A stretch of DNA of 64,000 nucleotides from Terriglobia bacterium (GTDB lineage Bacteria; Acidobacteriota; Terriglobia; Terriglobales; Acidobacteriaceae), in assembly GCA_963798155.1 (NCBI GenBank), contig CAWCSH010000005.1, positions 382,387 through 446,386 on the forward strand, read 5' to 3'. Positions within the stretch are counted from its first letter, which is position 1; every line of letters starts with the position of its first letter. A program made the translations under genes and the position numbers. The notes below the pieces were generated by a model that saw only the letters and a program-made list of their open reading frames with translations, was not told where the DNA came from and did no database searches. Below are positions 1 through 9,104 of the stretch, one piece after another.

Positions 1-532
1 CATCGAAGCCGGCGCGCTGGGACTCGGTCTTTGCCAGGATCGAGCCGACGTAGTTCCCCGACACCTTGGCCTTAGTCATCATGATGTTGGGATGAAGCCG
101 CGTGAAAGAGGCGATGTTGGCACGGATGCCGCGTTCTTTGACATCTTTGCCGAAGAAAGCCTTCCATTCCCATACCGCGATCATCAGCCTCGGGGTGCCG
201 CTATCGACCACCATGTTCATGGCGCCATCCAGGTAAATCAGCGGCCGGATGTAGCAGGAGGCGAACTTATTGGCCGCGATGGTCTTGTGGATGGCATCGA
301 TCAGCGACTCGCGCGTCCACGGCAGATCGCGGAAACCGACGACCAGGGCGGAATCCAGCAGGCGGTCCACATGCTCTTCCAGGCGGAACACGGCCGGGCC
401 TTTCACGGTGGCGTAGCAGCGGATGCCTTCGAACACGCTGAAACCGTAATGCAGGCCGGCATTGATCAGCGAAATGGAGGCTTCAGCGAATGGCTTCAGT
501 TCATCGTCGATCCAGACATACTCGGAGTTCAT
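1..532 (-). CDS. ilvE: Branched-chain amino acid aminotransferase (class IV PLP aminotransferase). Only the N-terminal ~177 codons lie in the window; the gene continues past position 1.
   Basis: Reverse-complement translation from the ATG at 532-530 gives MNSEYVWIDDELKPFAEASISLINAGLHYGFSVFEGIRCYAT...RLMIAVWEW, which is typical IlvE. It is absent from the ORF track because it is open at the window edge. The listed + strand ORF 92..667 is its antisense shadow. Confidence 0.8.
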   Translation of the reverse strand, partial: MNSEYVWIDDELKPFAEASISLINAGLHYGFSVFEGIRCYATVKGPAVFRLEEHVDRLLDSALVVGFRDLPWTRESLIDAIHKTIAANKFASCYIRPLIYLDGAMNMVVDSGTPRLMIAVWEWKAFFGKDVKERGIRANIASFTRLHPNIMMTKAKVSGNYVGSILAKTESQRAGFD

Positions 533-651
533 GGAATGGGCCTCATGGAAATGAAACGATTGTTTAAGACTATTCGGGAGAACGCATCTCGGCAAGGGCA
601 TAGGCGCGCGATCCAATGCGAGCCGCCACCCTGCCTTATAATCGCATTCCT

Positions 652-1440
652 ATGGAAACCGGACTGAAAAACAAAGTCGCCATCGTTGCGGGATCAAGCC
701 AGGGAATTGGGCGCGCAGTTGCGGAAGCGCTGGCGGCCGAGGGCTGCCGGCTGGCGCTGTGCTCCCGAACGCCGCAAACCCTGGAAGCGGCTGCCGAGCA
801 GATTCGCAAGCAACACAATATCGAGGTGTTCTGTCAGGCATTCGATGTCCGCGATGCGAATGCGGTACACGGTTTCGTAGAGGCGGTCGCCGGAAAGTTT
901 GGCTCGGCGGATATTTGCGTGACCAATGCCGGGGGTCCGCCAGCCAAGGGATTCCTGGCCGCAACACTGGAAGAGTGGCAGAAGGCAGTGGAGCAAAACT
1001 TCCTGAGTACCGTTTATTTCGCGCGCGAAGTGATTCCGCACATGCAGAAAAAGAAGTGGGGACGAATCATCACTATCACCTCGATCACGACCAAGCAGCC
1101 GGTACCCGACCTGGTGCTCTCGAATGCGGTGCGGGCAGCGGTGGTCGGCCTGGTCAAAAGCCTGGCCAATGAGTTCGGCAAGGACGGCATCCTGGTGAAC
1201 AACGTGGGCCCGGGATACACCGCGACCAGTCGGTTGAAAGAACTGGCCAAGAGCCGCTCCGCACGCTCAGGCGAAAGTGAACAGGCGGTTTTCGACAGCT
1301 GGGCAGTGGACTCTCCGCTCAAGCGGGTGGGGCAGCCGGGGGAAGTGGCCGACGCGGTGGTATGGCTGGCTTCGGAACGGGCGTCGTTCGTCACCGGACA
1401 AACCCTGCTGGTGGACGGCGGGGCTTACAAAGGGCTGTAA
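652..1440 (+). CDS. Short-chain dehydrogenase/reductase (SDR) family oxidoreductase
   Basis: Gly-rich NAD(P) motif IVAGSSQGIGRAV, an NAG motif, and a catalytic region with GPGYTAT. The ORF track starts it at 616, but the in-frame ATG at 652 (METGLKNK) is the more likely start. Confidence 0.85.
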   Translation: METGLKNKVAIVAGSSQGIGRAVAEALAAEGCRLALCSRTPQTLEAAAEQIRKQHNIEVFCQAFDVRDANAVHGFVEAVAGKFGSADICVTNAGGPPAKGFLAATLEEWQKAVEQNFLSTVYFAREVIPHMQKKKWGRIITITSITTKQPVPDLVLSNAVRAAVVGLVKSLANEFGKDGILVNNVGPGYTATSRLKELAKSRSARSGESEQAVFDSWAVDSPLKRVGQPGEVADAVVWLASERASFVTGQTLLVDGGAYKGL

Positions 1441-1732
1441 CAGATGTTTCATTGATGGCTCCCATCAAAAACCTTGATTGCGAACTGTAGCGGTTTTTAG
1501 TAGGCTTATCGGCACTCGTTACATAGCTGAAGGCATTTTCGGGGAGCAGTCTGCCCCGAGGTCATATGGCGTGTGCTGCGCACTTTTTCATGTCTGCGCC
1601 GTCATCAGAGGCGGCGCACCGGCGTCTGCCGAGCGTTTGGTGTCTCCGTCCACGCGACCGTTGCTTGCGTGAATCCACGGCCTTGGACGTCCTGACACGT
1701 GGCACTTTGAAGTTCGGAAGAGGGGGAAGTGT

Positions 1733-4700
1733 ATGCGTGACATTTCACTGAAACTGCTTTGCGTCTTCTTGTTGGGCGTGGGATTGACGTGCCAGGCGTT
1801 TGCCCAGGGTGGAGCTACAGGCGCGATCAGCGGCACGGTGCAGGACCCAAGCGGCGCTGTGGTCGCTGGAGCCGAAGTGCAAATCACCAATCAGGACACG
1901 GGCACGGTAGCCCGTACTCTCAAAACCGCCTCCGATGGCGGATTCAACGCCCCACTTCTGCCGGTGGGCAACTACAGCGTGACCGTCACCAGCGCGGGTT
2001 TCCAGGTGGGGAAAATACCCAACGTGGCGGTGCGAGTCACCGAAACTACGCGCATGTCGGTGAAACTGGTGACCCAGGCCGTCCAGGAGAAGGTGGACGT
2101 GCAAGCCGAGGTGCAGACCATCGAGACCACGGCTGCGACTACCGGGCAGGCGATTGAGGCCGTCACCATTCGCGATCTGCCGCTGGCCACTCAGAACTTC
2201 CAGCAACTGCTCAGCCTCTCTACCGGGGCGCAGAGCGAACTGAACGCGTCGGCGCAACTGGGGCGCGGCAATGCCCGTATCTTCGTCAACGGACAGCGTG
2301 AAGACAACAACAACTATCTGATCGAGGGCATCAGCGCGACAGACTACAACGTGGCTCAGGCCACCAACGTGCCCTTGCCCAATCCGGACGTGATCCAGGA
2401 ATTCAAGGTCCAAACCTCGCTGTACGATGCCAGCCAGGGGCGCAACGGCGGCGGCAACGTCAATGCCATCCTGAAATCAGGGACCAAAGATTTTCACGGC
2501 GACGTGTATGAATTCTTCCGCAACGACGTTCTCAATGCCAACGAGTACTTCCTGAACCGGGCGGGGCTGCCGCGGCCTCCGGTGAAACAGAACATCTTTG
2601 GCGGCAGCTTTGGTGGGCCGATTGGAAAAGACGCCAAGCTGGGTTACTTCTTCGTAAACTACCAGGGAACCCGGCAACGCAGCGGGTTGTCGCCGGGCAC
2701 CCTGATCAGCACCACTCTACCGGTGCTGCCCTCGGTGCGTGACGATGCCACACTCGATTCTCAACTGGAGGCCGCGTTCGGAGTTCCCAGCATTGATCCT
2801 GTGGTCCACAAACTTCTGATGTTTCAAAGCGATCAGTTCGGGAATACGCCCGGTGGCTATCTCTTCCCCTCGGTTCCGGGCACAGTGGGCGGCTCCGGGG
2901 CATTTATCGTCAGCAAGCCGGGCAGTTACACCGACGACCAGTTCACTACCAACTGGGACCGCGAATTCCGCGGCGGCAACGACAAGGTTTCCGCGCGCTT
3001 CTTCTTCTCCAACGCGGAATCGGTCCTGCCGTTCGGCGCGGGCGGCCTGCAGCTTTCACTGGGCGGGACGCTGCAAAGCAGCATTAGCGCCACCGACTTG
3101 AACTTCCCTTACGACCTGCCGGTCAATGGACGCTTCTTCAGCGTGAACGAGACCCATCTGTTCTCGACCGCGCTGGTCAATGACTTCCGCTTCGGTTATG
3201 TGCGGATCAACAACACCCTCGGGAATATTCCTCCGGTAACGGCGTCGGACCTGGGAATCGACCGTCCCACCAACGACGTAACCTCTTCAATCTACAAATT
3301 CGTGCTGCTGAGCTCGGGATTTCAACTTGGTCCCACTCCGCCGGCTGATCAGGCACAGAACCAGAACACCTACAATTTTGTTGAGAACCTGAGTTGGGTG
3401 AAAGGCAAGCACATCTTTCGTTTCGGCGGGGACTACACTCGGGTGAATCTCGACAAGCTCTTTCCGCAGGTGTTTAACGGCGAGCTTTTCTTCGTCAACG
3501 GCGCCGATGGAACCGACTTCCAGAAATTCCTGACCGGCGCGGCAGACTTCAGCTTTGGCGGTGGCGGTGTGTATAACCACCAGTACCGCACCAATGACTT
3601 CTCATTTTTCGCTCAGGACGACTGGAAGGTGCGGCCCGATTTGACGCTGAACCTTGGACTGCGGGTAGAAGAGTTGGGAGCGTTCTACGATAAGAGCTGT
3701 CATATCGGCAACCTGGATCCAGATCTTGCCCGTGCAGGCCAGTATCCATTTGTGTATGGGGACTGTGTGAAAGGGCTGAATATAGCCGGCCTGAGCCCGA
3801 CCGGGAGCAACACAACTTACAAGAATGACTATTCCACCGGATGGGGACCACGCGTGGGCTTCGCCTGGGACGTGTTTGGTCACCACACCACGTCGCTGCG
3901 CGGTGGTTACGGTATCTACTACGTGCGTGAAGACGTGGGCACGGTGGACCAGCTCAGCTTTCAGGCCCCATTCTTGCCGGTGGCCTTCGGCGGTGGCACT
4001 CCGGGCTGCCTGGGATCATTCTTCTCCGCCAACGTATTGCCGGGCTGCCCCGATCCTAACTTCAATGCGCTGCCGCAGGCGGGCATAATCGATCCGAGCT
4101 TCGTTCCTTGCCTGGGGGTGCTGCAGGGTTTCGCCGGCAATGATCCGAATTCGTCGCCGGATTACGAGTGCAACGGCCCGGGAATTCCTTCTACCAACAT
4201 TTTCGGCCTGGTAGTTCCACGAAAGTTCGTTGCTCCGAACACGCAGCAGTGGAACCTTACGATCCAGCGCGAACTGGGCAGGAACTGGGTGCTCGAACTT
4301 GGATACGTGGGCACACACTCGGTTCACCTCCGTGAAACTCGCACCAACCTCGCGGTGCGGGTGAGTCCGGACAATCCTTTGACCGTGACCGCGGCGAACG
4401 GCGACCAATTCAACATTGCGTTCAATACCTTCGCCAATGCCGCGGCGCGTTCCACGGCGCAGGGCATTAACGGAGTCGGTGGAATGCAGCTCTTCGCCGA
4501 CGATGCCTACTCTCACTACCATTCCCTGCAGAGCACGCTATCGCGTCGCTGGGGCAGAGGATACTTCCAGGCCGCCTACACCTTCTCGCGTTCGACTGAC
4601 GCCACTTCGAGCGGAAACACCGCGCTCAACACCGCATTCAACGATGAGACTTCGCTCGCACCTTCACGCGGCCTTTCGGATTTCGACCGCACTCATCGGC

Positions 4701-5290
4701 TTTCGGTCAGCTACCGGTACGATCTGCCGTTCTTTCGGACTGCCACGGGGGCGAAGGCCGCGCTGCTCAAGGACTGGGCAATCAGCGGGATCACGGTTTT
4801 CCAGTCGGGTATTCCTTTTTCTGTGACTGACTCCGCCGCCGGCACGGCGACTCTCGGTTCGGGGTTGGCTTCGGGCCTGGGAGCTGAGTTGGCGCCGGGA
4901 GGCTCGATCAAGGCCGGCCTGACCAGCGGCGACATCCATCAGCGAATTGACAACTACCTGAATCTCAGTAATTTCACCACTGCGCCTCTGCTTTATCCGA
5001 CGCAGTGCGCCTCGGACGACAACTTCTGCACCACCGATTTCGGCAACCTGGGTCGCAACATCTATCGTGGCCCCTTCCAGCAGAACTGGGATTTCTCCCT
5101 GCTGAAGGAGTTCCACGTAACCGAGCGGCAGAACATCCGTTTCACTGCGGACTTCTTCAACATCTGGAACCACGCGAACTTCGGCAATCCTGCGGTAACG
5201 GATGTGGAGAACCCGGCGCCATTCGGCCAGATCGTCAGCACGGTAGGCACGCCCCGGCTGATTCAGTTCTCGCTACGGTGGGCCTTCTAG
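1733..5290 (+). CDS. TonB-dependent outer-membrane receptor with an N-terminal carboxypeptidase-regulatory-like domain
   Basis: 1185 aa. Signal peptide MRDISLKLLCVFLLGVGLTCQAFAQ. The N-terminal segment (SGTVQDPSGAVVAGAEVQITNQDTG...NYSVTVT) is CarboxypepD_reg-like, followed by plug and barrel segments and a C-terminal aromatic residue (...SLRWAF). GGAGG-like RBS at 1718-1726. Confidence 0.9.
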   Translation: MRDISLKLLCVFLLGVGLTCQAFAQGGATGAISGTVQDPSGAVVAGAEVQITNQDTGTVARTLKTASDGGFNAPLLPVGNYSVTVTSAGFQVGKIPNVAVRVTETTRMSVKLVTQAVQEKVDVQAEVQTIETTAATTGQAIEAVTIRDLPLATQNFQQLLSLSTGAQSELNASAQLGRGNARIFVNGQREDNNNYLIEGISATDYNVAQATNVPLPNPDVIQEFKVQTSLYDASQGRNGGGNVNAILKSGTKDFHGDVYEFFRNDVLNANEYFLNRAGLPRPPVKQNIFGGSFGGPIGKDAKLGYFFVNYQGTRQRSGLSPGTLISTTLPVLPSVRDDATLDSQLEAAFGVPSIDPVVHKLLMFQSDQFGNTPGGYLFPSVPGTVGGSGAFIVSKPGSYTDDQFTTNWDREFRGGNDKVSARFFFSNAESVLPFGAGGLQLSLGGTLQSSISATDLNFPYDLPVNGRFFSVNETHLFSTALVNDFRFGYVRINNTLGNIPPVTASDLGIDRPTNDVTSSIYKFVLLSSGFQLGPTPPADQAQNQNTYNFVENLSWVKGKHIFRFGGDYTRVNLDKLFPQVFNGELFFVNGADGTDFQKFLTGAADFSFGGGGVYNHQYRTNDFSFFAQDDWKVRPDLTLNLGLRVEELGAFYDKSCHIGNLDPDLARAGQYPFVYGDCVKGLNIAGLSPTGSNTTYKNDYSTGWGPRVGFAWDVFGHHTTSLRGGYGIYYVREDVGTVDQLSFQAPFLPVAFGGGTPGCLGSFFSANVLPGCPDPNFNALPQAGIIDPSFVPCLGVLQGFAGNDPNSSPDYECNGPGIPSTNIFGLVVPRKFVAPNTQQWNLTIQRELGRNWVLELGYVGTHSVHLRETRTNLAVRVSPDNPLTVTAANGDQFNIAFNTFANAAARSTAQGINGVGGMQLFADDAYSHYHSLQSTLSRRWGRGYFQAAYTFSRSTDATSSGNTALNTAFNDETSLAPSRGLSDFDRTHRLSVSYRYDLPFFRTATGAKAALLKDWAISGITVFQSGIPFSVTDSAAGTATLGSGLASGLGAELAPGGSIKAGLTSGDIHQRIDNYLNLSNFTTAPLLYPTQCASDDNFCTTDFGNLGRNIYRGPFQQNWDFSLLKEFHVTERQNIRFTADFFNIWNHANFGNPAVTDVENPAPFGQIVSTVGTPRLIQFSLRWAF

Positions 5291-5291
5291 C

Positions 5292-5855
5292 GTGGCGGAA
5301 ACTGTGCCCAAAACCAGAATCCCCATGCTGGGGCGGGACCAGGTCCCGCCCGAACTGGGTGTCCTCTACGACGCCCTGCTGAAGCAGCGCGGCGTCGTTC
5401 CCAACATGTTCAAGACGGTCGCGAACGTTCCCGGGCTTGCCCTGGGTTTCGCCGGCTTGCTGAAAGCGCTGCTCAGCGATGGCGCGCTTCCGGGGTGGTA
5501 CAAGGAGCTGATTGCTACCCGCATGTCGGTACTGCAGAAATCGCCTTACGCAATTAGCGCGCATGGGCTTTCGGCGCGCCAGAAGGGCGCGACTGAAGAG
5601 CAGGTGGAATCGGTGAAAGCTGATTTTGAGAAGGGGCCGTTCAGCGAAGAGCAGAAGCTAGGATTGCGGTGTGCAGACCGATTGCATCGTTCTCCGGCCG
5701 AGATTGACGACGACTTCTATGCCAAGCTGGAATCGTCCTTCAATGTCCAACAAGTTGTGGAGCTGATGGCCAGCGCCTCGGTGTTTGAATTTTTTCCGCG
5801 CTTCGTTGATGGCTTGCGCATTCCCACCACTCCGGTTCCGGAGCATATACCATAG
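5292..5855 (+). CDS. Carboxymuconolactone decarboxylase (AhpD-like) family protein
   Basis: The CMD-family core (MFKTVANVPGLALGFAGLL...ELIATRMSVLQKSPYAISAHG) is recognised from memory. It starts 2 bp after the receptor stop. The start codon is uncertain: GTG at 5292 or ATG at 5328. Confidence 0.7.
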   Translation: MAETVPKTRIPMLGRDQVPPELGVLYDALLKQRGVVPNMFKTVANVPGLALGFAGLLKALLSDGALPGWYKELIATRMSVLQKSPYAISAHGLSARQKGATEEQVESVKADFEKGPFSEEQKLGLRCADRLHRSPAEIDDDFYAKLESSFNVQQVVELMASASVFEFFPRFVDGLRIPTTPVPEHIP

Positions 5856-5863
5856 GACCTGCC

Positions 5864-7051
5864 ATGCGACCGATCGCTTCCCGTATTTCCGTGATGAGCG
5901 GCGAAGGCGCCCTCGCCGTTTTCGCCCGCGCCCGCGAACTCGAGCGCCAGGGACGCAACATTATTCACCTCGAGCTGGGCGAGCCCGATTTTCATCCTGC
6001 CCAACAGGTCAATGATGCGCTGAAGCAGGCAATGGATGAGGGTAAGGACCGCTATTGCCCGGTGGCCGGAGTTCCCGCGCTGCGCGAGGCGATTGCAAAA
6101 TACCTGCGCGACACCCGCAATCTCAGCGTGAAGCCGCAGCAGGTGGTGATCGCGCCCGGCTGCAAGATCATTTTATTCATGGCGATGCTGGCGTTGGTGG
6201 AAGCGGGAGACGAAGTGCTCTACCCCGACCCTGGGTTTCCTGCGTATGCCTCGATGACGCTTGGCCTGGGAGGAACGCCCGTGCCTTTCGGGCTGGCGGA
6301 ACGGAACCAGCTGCAACCCGATCCGAATGAGATCGCGGCGAAGATCACCAGCAAGACCAAGGTGCTGATCACGAATTCGCCGGGAAACCCGACGGGTACG
6401 GTTTATACCGACGAGGTGCAGCGTCGGCTGGCCGAACTGGCCGTGCAGCATGACTTGATTGTGCTCTCCGACGAGATTTATGCCCGCATCAACTACGGGG
6501 CGGACTACATTTCAATGATGAGTTATCCCGGAATGGAAGAACGTACCGTCATCATTGACGGCTTCTCCAAGAGTTTTGCCATGACCGGCTGGCGACTAGG
6601 CTATGCGGTCGCGCCGCCACGGATTGTGGAGGCGCTTGAGATGCTTGTGGTGAACAGCTACACCTGTGTCTCTGAATTCATGCAATATGCTGCGGTCGAA
6701 GCGCTGCGCGATAGGGATGGCGCAACTCCGCGTATGGTGGGCGAATTTGCCCGTCGGCGCGAGCAGTTCGTGCGCGAACTGAACAGCGTTCCCGGCTTCC
6801 GCTGCCATGCTCCGGAAGGCGCGTTCTACGCCTGGGTGAATATCGCCGACACCGGCTTGTCCGCCGAAGAGGTCTGCCGCCTGATGCTGGAAGAAGCGGG
6901 AGTGGCCGCAATTCCCGGGGCCGCATTCGGCAAAGCCGGCGCTGACTTCGTAAGATTTTCGTTTGCCTCTTCGACGGCTACGTTGCACCAAGCGGTGGAG
7001 CGGATCAGGGAACTCTCGAGCGCATGGCAGGGAAGCGCAGTGGCAAAATAA
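5864..7051 (+). CDS. PLP-dependent aminotransferase, class I/II (aspartate/aromatic aminotransferase-like)
   Basis: 395 aa. Contains the SKSFAMTGWRLGY lysine motif region and the usual class-I aminotransferase N-terminal architecture. Confidence 0.85.
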   Translation: MRPIASRISVMSGEGALAVFARARELERQGRNIIHLELGEPDFHPAQQVNDALKQAMDEGKDRYCPVAGVPALREAIAKYLRDTRNLSVKPQQVVIAPGCKIILFMAMLALVEAGDEVLYPDPGFPAYASMTLGLGGTPVPFGLAERNQLQPDPNEIAAKITSKTKVLITNSPGNPTGTVYTDEVQRRLAELAVQHDLIVLSDEIYARINYGADYISMMSYPGMEERTVIIDGFSKSFAMTGWRLGYAVAPPRIVEALEMLVVNSYTCVSEFMQYAAVEALRDRDGATPRMVGEFARRREQFVRELNSVPGFRCHAPEGAFYAWVNIADTGLSAEEVCRLMLEEAGVAAIPGAAFGKAGADFVRFSFASSTATLHQAVERIRELSSAWQGSAVAK

Positions 7052-7137
7052 CTTACCTTCGGGCTGCCTTACGCGCTGAACGTCAGAGATCCGCAATTGC
7101 CGGCAATTTCGAATTGGAATCCAAACAGGAGTCACGA

Positions 7138-8472
7138 ATGAAACTTGGCGCGTGGGTGCTTCGCTTGCTGTGCTTAGCGATGCTGTGCTCTCCACTGCTG
7201 GCCGCCGCCCAGGCACGGCCTTTTCCCAGCCCGGATGTTCAGCAGATTTACCAGCGGCTGCTCCCTCAAATCGAGAAAATTCCCATCTTCGATCACCATG
7301 CTCATCCCGGCTTTCCGGATGATCCTGACGTGGATGCCATGGCCTCGCCTCCGGGAAGCGCAGCATTGCGCGAGCGCTCGACAAATCCGGAACTGGTTGC
7401 AGCCTCGAAGGCGCTGTTTGGCTATCCCTATAACGACCTGGCGCCCGAGCATGCCAAGTGGCTGGTGCAGAAAAAGGCGGAGCTCAAGAAGGAGCAGGGA
7501 AATGAGTATTTTTCAAACCTGCTCGACAAGTTGAACATCGAGCGCTCCGTGGCCAATCGGGCCATGATGGCCGACTACCTCAATCCCAAGCGCTTTCCCT
7601 GGGTTTTTTTCGTCGATTCGTTCATGTGGCCATTCGACAACCAGCGCGAAACCAATCGCAATCCCGACGAGCAGGTTTACATCCCGCTGCAGGAGAAAAT
7701 GCTGCACCGCTACATGAAGCAGGAGGGGGTGGACACGCTCCCGCCGAAGTTCGACGACTATCTGGCTTTCGTCTCACGCACGCTGGAAGACAATCAGAAG
7801 AAGGGCGGCATTGGCATGAAGTTCGAAGCCGCTTACTTTCGGCCGCTGAAGTTTGGCGATCCTACGCGTGAGCAGGCGGAAGACGTGTACCAGCGCTTCG
7901 TGGTCGGCGGGATTCCGAGCGAGCAGGAATATCGCACCTTTCAGGACTACATCTTCCGCTATCTGGTGCGGGAAGGCGGACGGCTGCATCTGCCGGTGCA
8001 CATTCACACCGCAGTCGGCATCGGCGATTACTTTGACCTCTCCAAGGGCAACGTCATGAACCTGGAGAATGTGCTCCGCGACCCCCGATATTCCAATGTC
8101 ACCTTCGTCCTGCTGCACGGCGGGTATCCCCTGGAGCGCGAGGCGATCTGGCTGGCCGCCGTCAAGAATGTCTATCTGGATTCTTCGTTCATGGAGATCG
8201 TGGAGTATCCGTCTGCATTCAAAGACAGCCTGAAGCAGTGGCTGGAGACTTTTCCTGACAAGATCACTTTCGGTTCCGACTCCTTCCCTTATAACGACAC
8301 GCTTGGCGCGGAAGAAAGTTACTGGCTGGGCGTGACGTCGGCGCGAACCGCCCTGGCGGCGGCACTGGCCGAAATGATTTCCATGGGAGAAGTGACCGAG
8401 CCGGAGGCCCTGCACATGGCTCATGCCTATCTGCACGACACCGCAGCCAGTCTTTATGAAGGGAAACACTGA
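7138..8472 (+). CDS. Secreted amidohydrolase-2 / metal-dependent TIM-barrel hydrolase family protein
   Basis: The start at 7138 gives signal peptide MKLGAWVLRLLCLAMLCSPLLAAAQA. Has an FDHHAHPG metal-binding motif, and later HIHTAVG and LLHGGYP. The ORF track starts earlier, at 7024. Confidence 0.7.
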   Translation: MKLGAWVLRLLCLAMLCSPLLAAAQARPFPSPDVQQIYQRLLPQIEKIPIFDHHAHPGFPDDPDVDAMASPPGSAALRERSTNPELVAASKALFGYPYNDLAPEHAKWLVQKKAELKKEQGNEYFSNLLDKLNIERSVANRAMMADYLNPKRFPWVFFVDSFMWPFDNQRETNRNPDEQVYIPLQEKMLHRYMKQEGVDTLPPKFDDYLAFVSRTLEDNQKKGGIGMKFEAAYFRPLKFGDPTREQAEDVYQRFVVGGIPSEQEYRTFQDYIFRYLVREGGRLHLPVHIHTAVGIGDYFDLSKGNVMNLENVLRDPRYSNVTFVLLHGGYPLEREAIWLAAVKNVYLDSSFMEIVEYPSAFKDSLKQWLETFPDKITFGSDSFPYNDTLGAEESYWLGVTSARTALAAALAEMISMGEVTEPEALHMAHAYLHDTAASLYEGKH

Positions 8473-8473
8473 A

Positions 8474-8959
8474 ATGCCGAAAAAGAAATCTTCCAAAAAG
8501 AAGACTGCAGGCAAAGTGAAAACAAAAACATCGCAGGGGAAGCGTTCGAAGAGCGCGAAAGAAGCCGTCGCGCGAGTGGGCGGGTCGCGGAAAGCCAAGC
8601 TCGGCAAAGCGGAACTCAAGTACATTCCGTGGAGCTCGGTCGAGTTGGAAAACCTGAACCCGCTGCTGCAACGCCAGCTCGTAGTCGGCCAGGGCATCAT
8701 GCTGGCGCGGGTGCTGATGAAGAAGGGGTGCATCGTCCCTCTGCATAGCCATCACAATGAGCAAGTCACCTACATCCTTGAAGGGGCGCTCAAATTCTTT
8801 ATAGACGGCAAAGAGATCGTGGTGAATGCGGGCGAGGTGTTGACGATTCCCCCGCACATGCCGCACAAAGCGGAGGCCATGGTGGACACTGTCGATCTCG
8901 ACGTCTTCAACCCTCCTCGCGCTGACTGGATCAACAAAACAGACAAGTATCTGCGGTAA
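8474..8959 (+). CDS. Cupin-domain protein with a roughly 60-aa lysine-rich N-terminal tail
   Basis: The ATG at 8474 lies 2 bp after the amidohydrolase stop. N-terminus MPKKKSSKKKTAGKVKTKTSQGKRSKSAKE... The cupin core is PLHSHHNEQVTYILEGALKFFIDGKEIVVNAGEVLTIPPHMPH. Confidence 0.75.
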   Translation: MPKKKSSKKKTAGKVKTKTSQGKRSKSAKEAVARVGGSRKAKLGKAELKYIPWSSVELENLNPLLQRQLVVGQGIMLARVLMKKGCIVPLHSHHNEQVTYILEGALKFFIDGKEIVVNAGEVLTIPPHMPHKAEAMVDTVDLDVFNPPRADWINKTDKYLR

Positions 8960-9104
8960 GAATGATTCGCCCTGTTGCGCATCAGCCGAAGCCCTGGTGC
9001 AAAGACCTAAGGATTTACCGGTGTTCTCTGGCGGTCGGTAGTAGTTGGCTCAAAGCCGACCCGGCATCGCCATCTGCTATTCTGTTCAGCATCCACCCGA
9101 AATC

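Noticed and set aside
92-667. 191-aa + strand ORF at the window start
   Set aside because: Its composition is Arg/Gly/Asp/Gln-rich and it is exactly antisense to a well-conserved IlvE reading frame. It is a high-GC antisense shadow ORF.
1453-1469. 7-bp inverted repeat (TTGATGG / CCATCAA) just after the SDR stop, as a possible terminator
   Set aside because: The stem is short and AT-rich. It is followed by AAAACC on the + strand, not a U-tract, so it is not convincing as an intrinsic terminator.
1694-1712. TGGCAC hexamer upstream of the TonB-dependent receptor gene, as a sigma-54 -24 element
   Set aside because: The spacing partner at -12 is not TTGC(A/T). Without it the match is probably chance.
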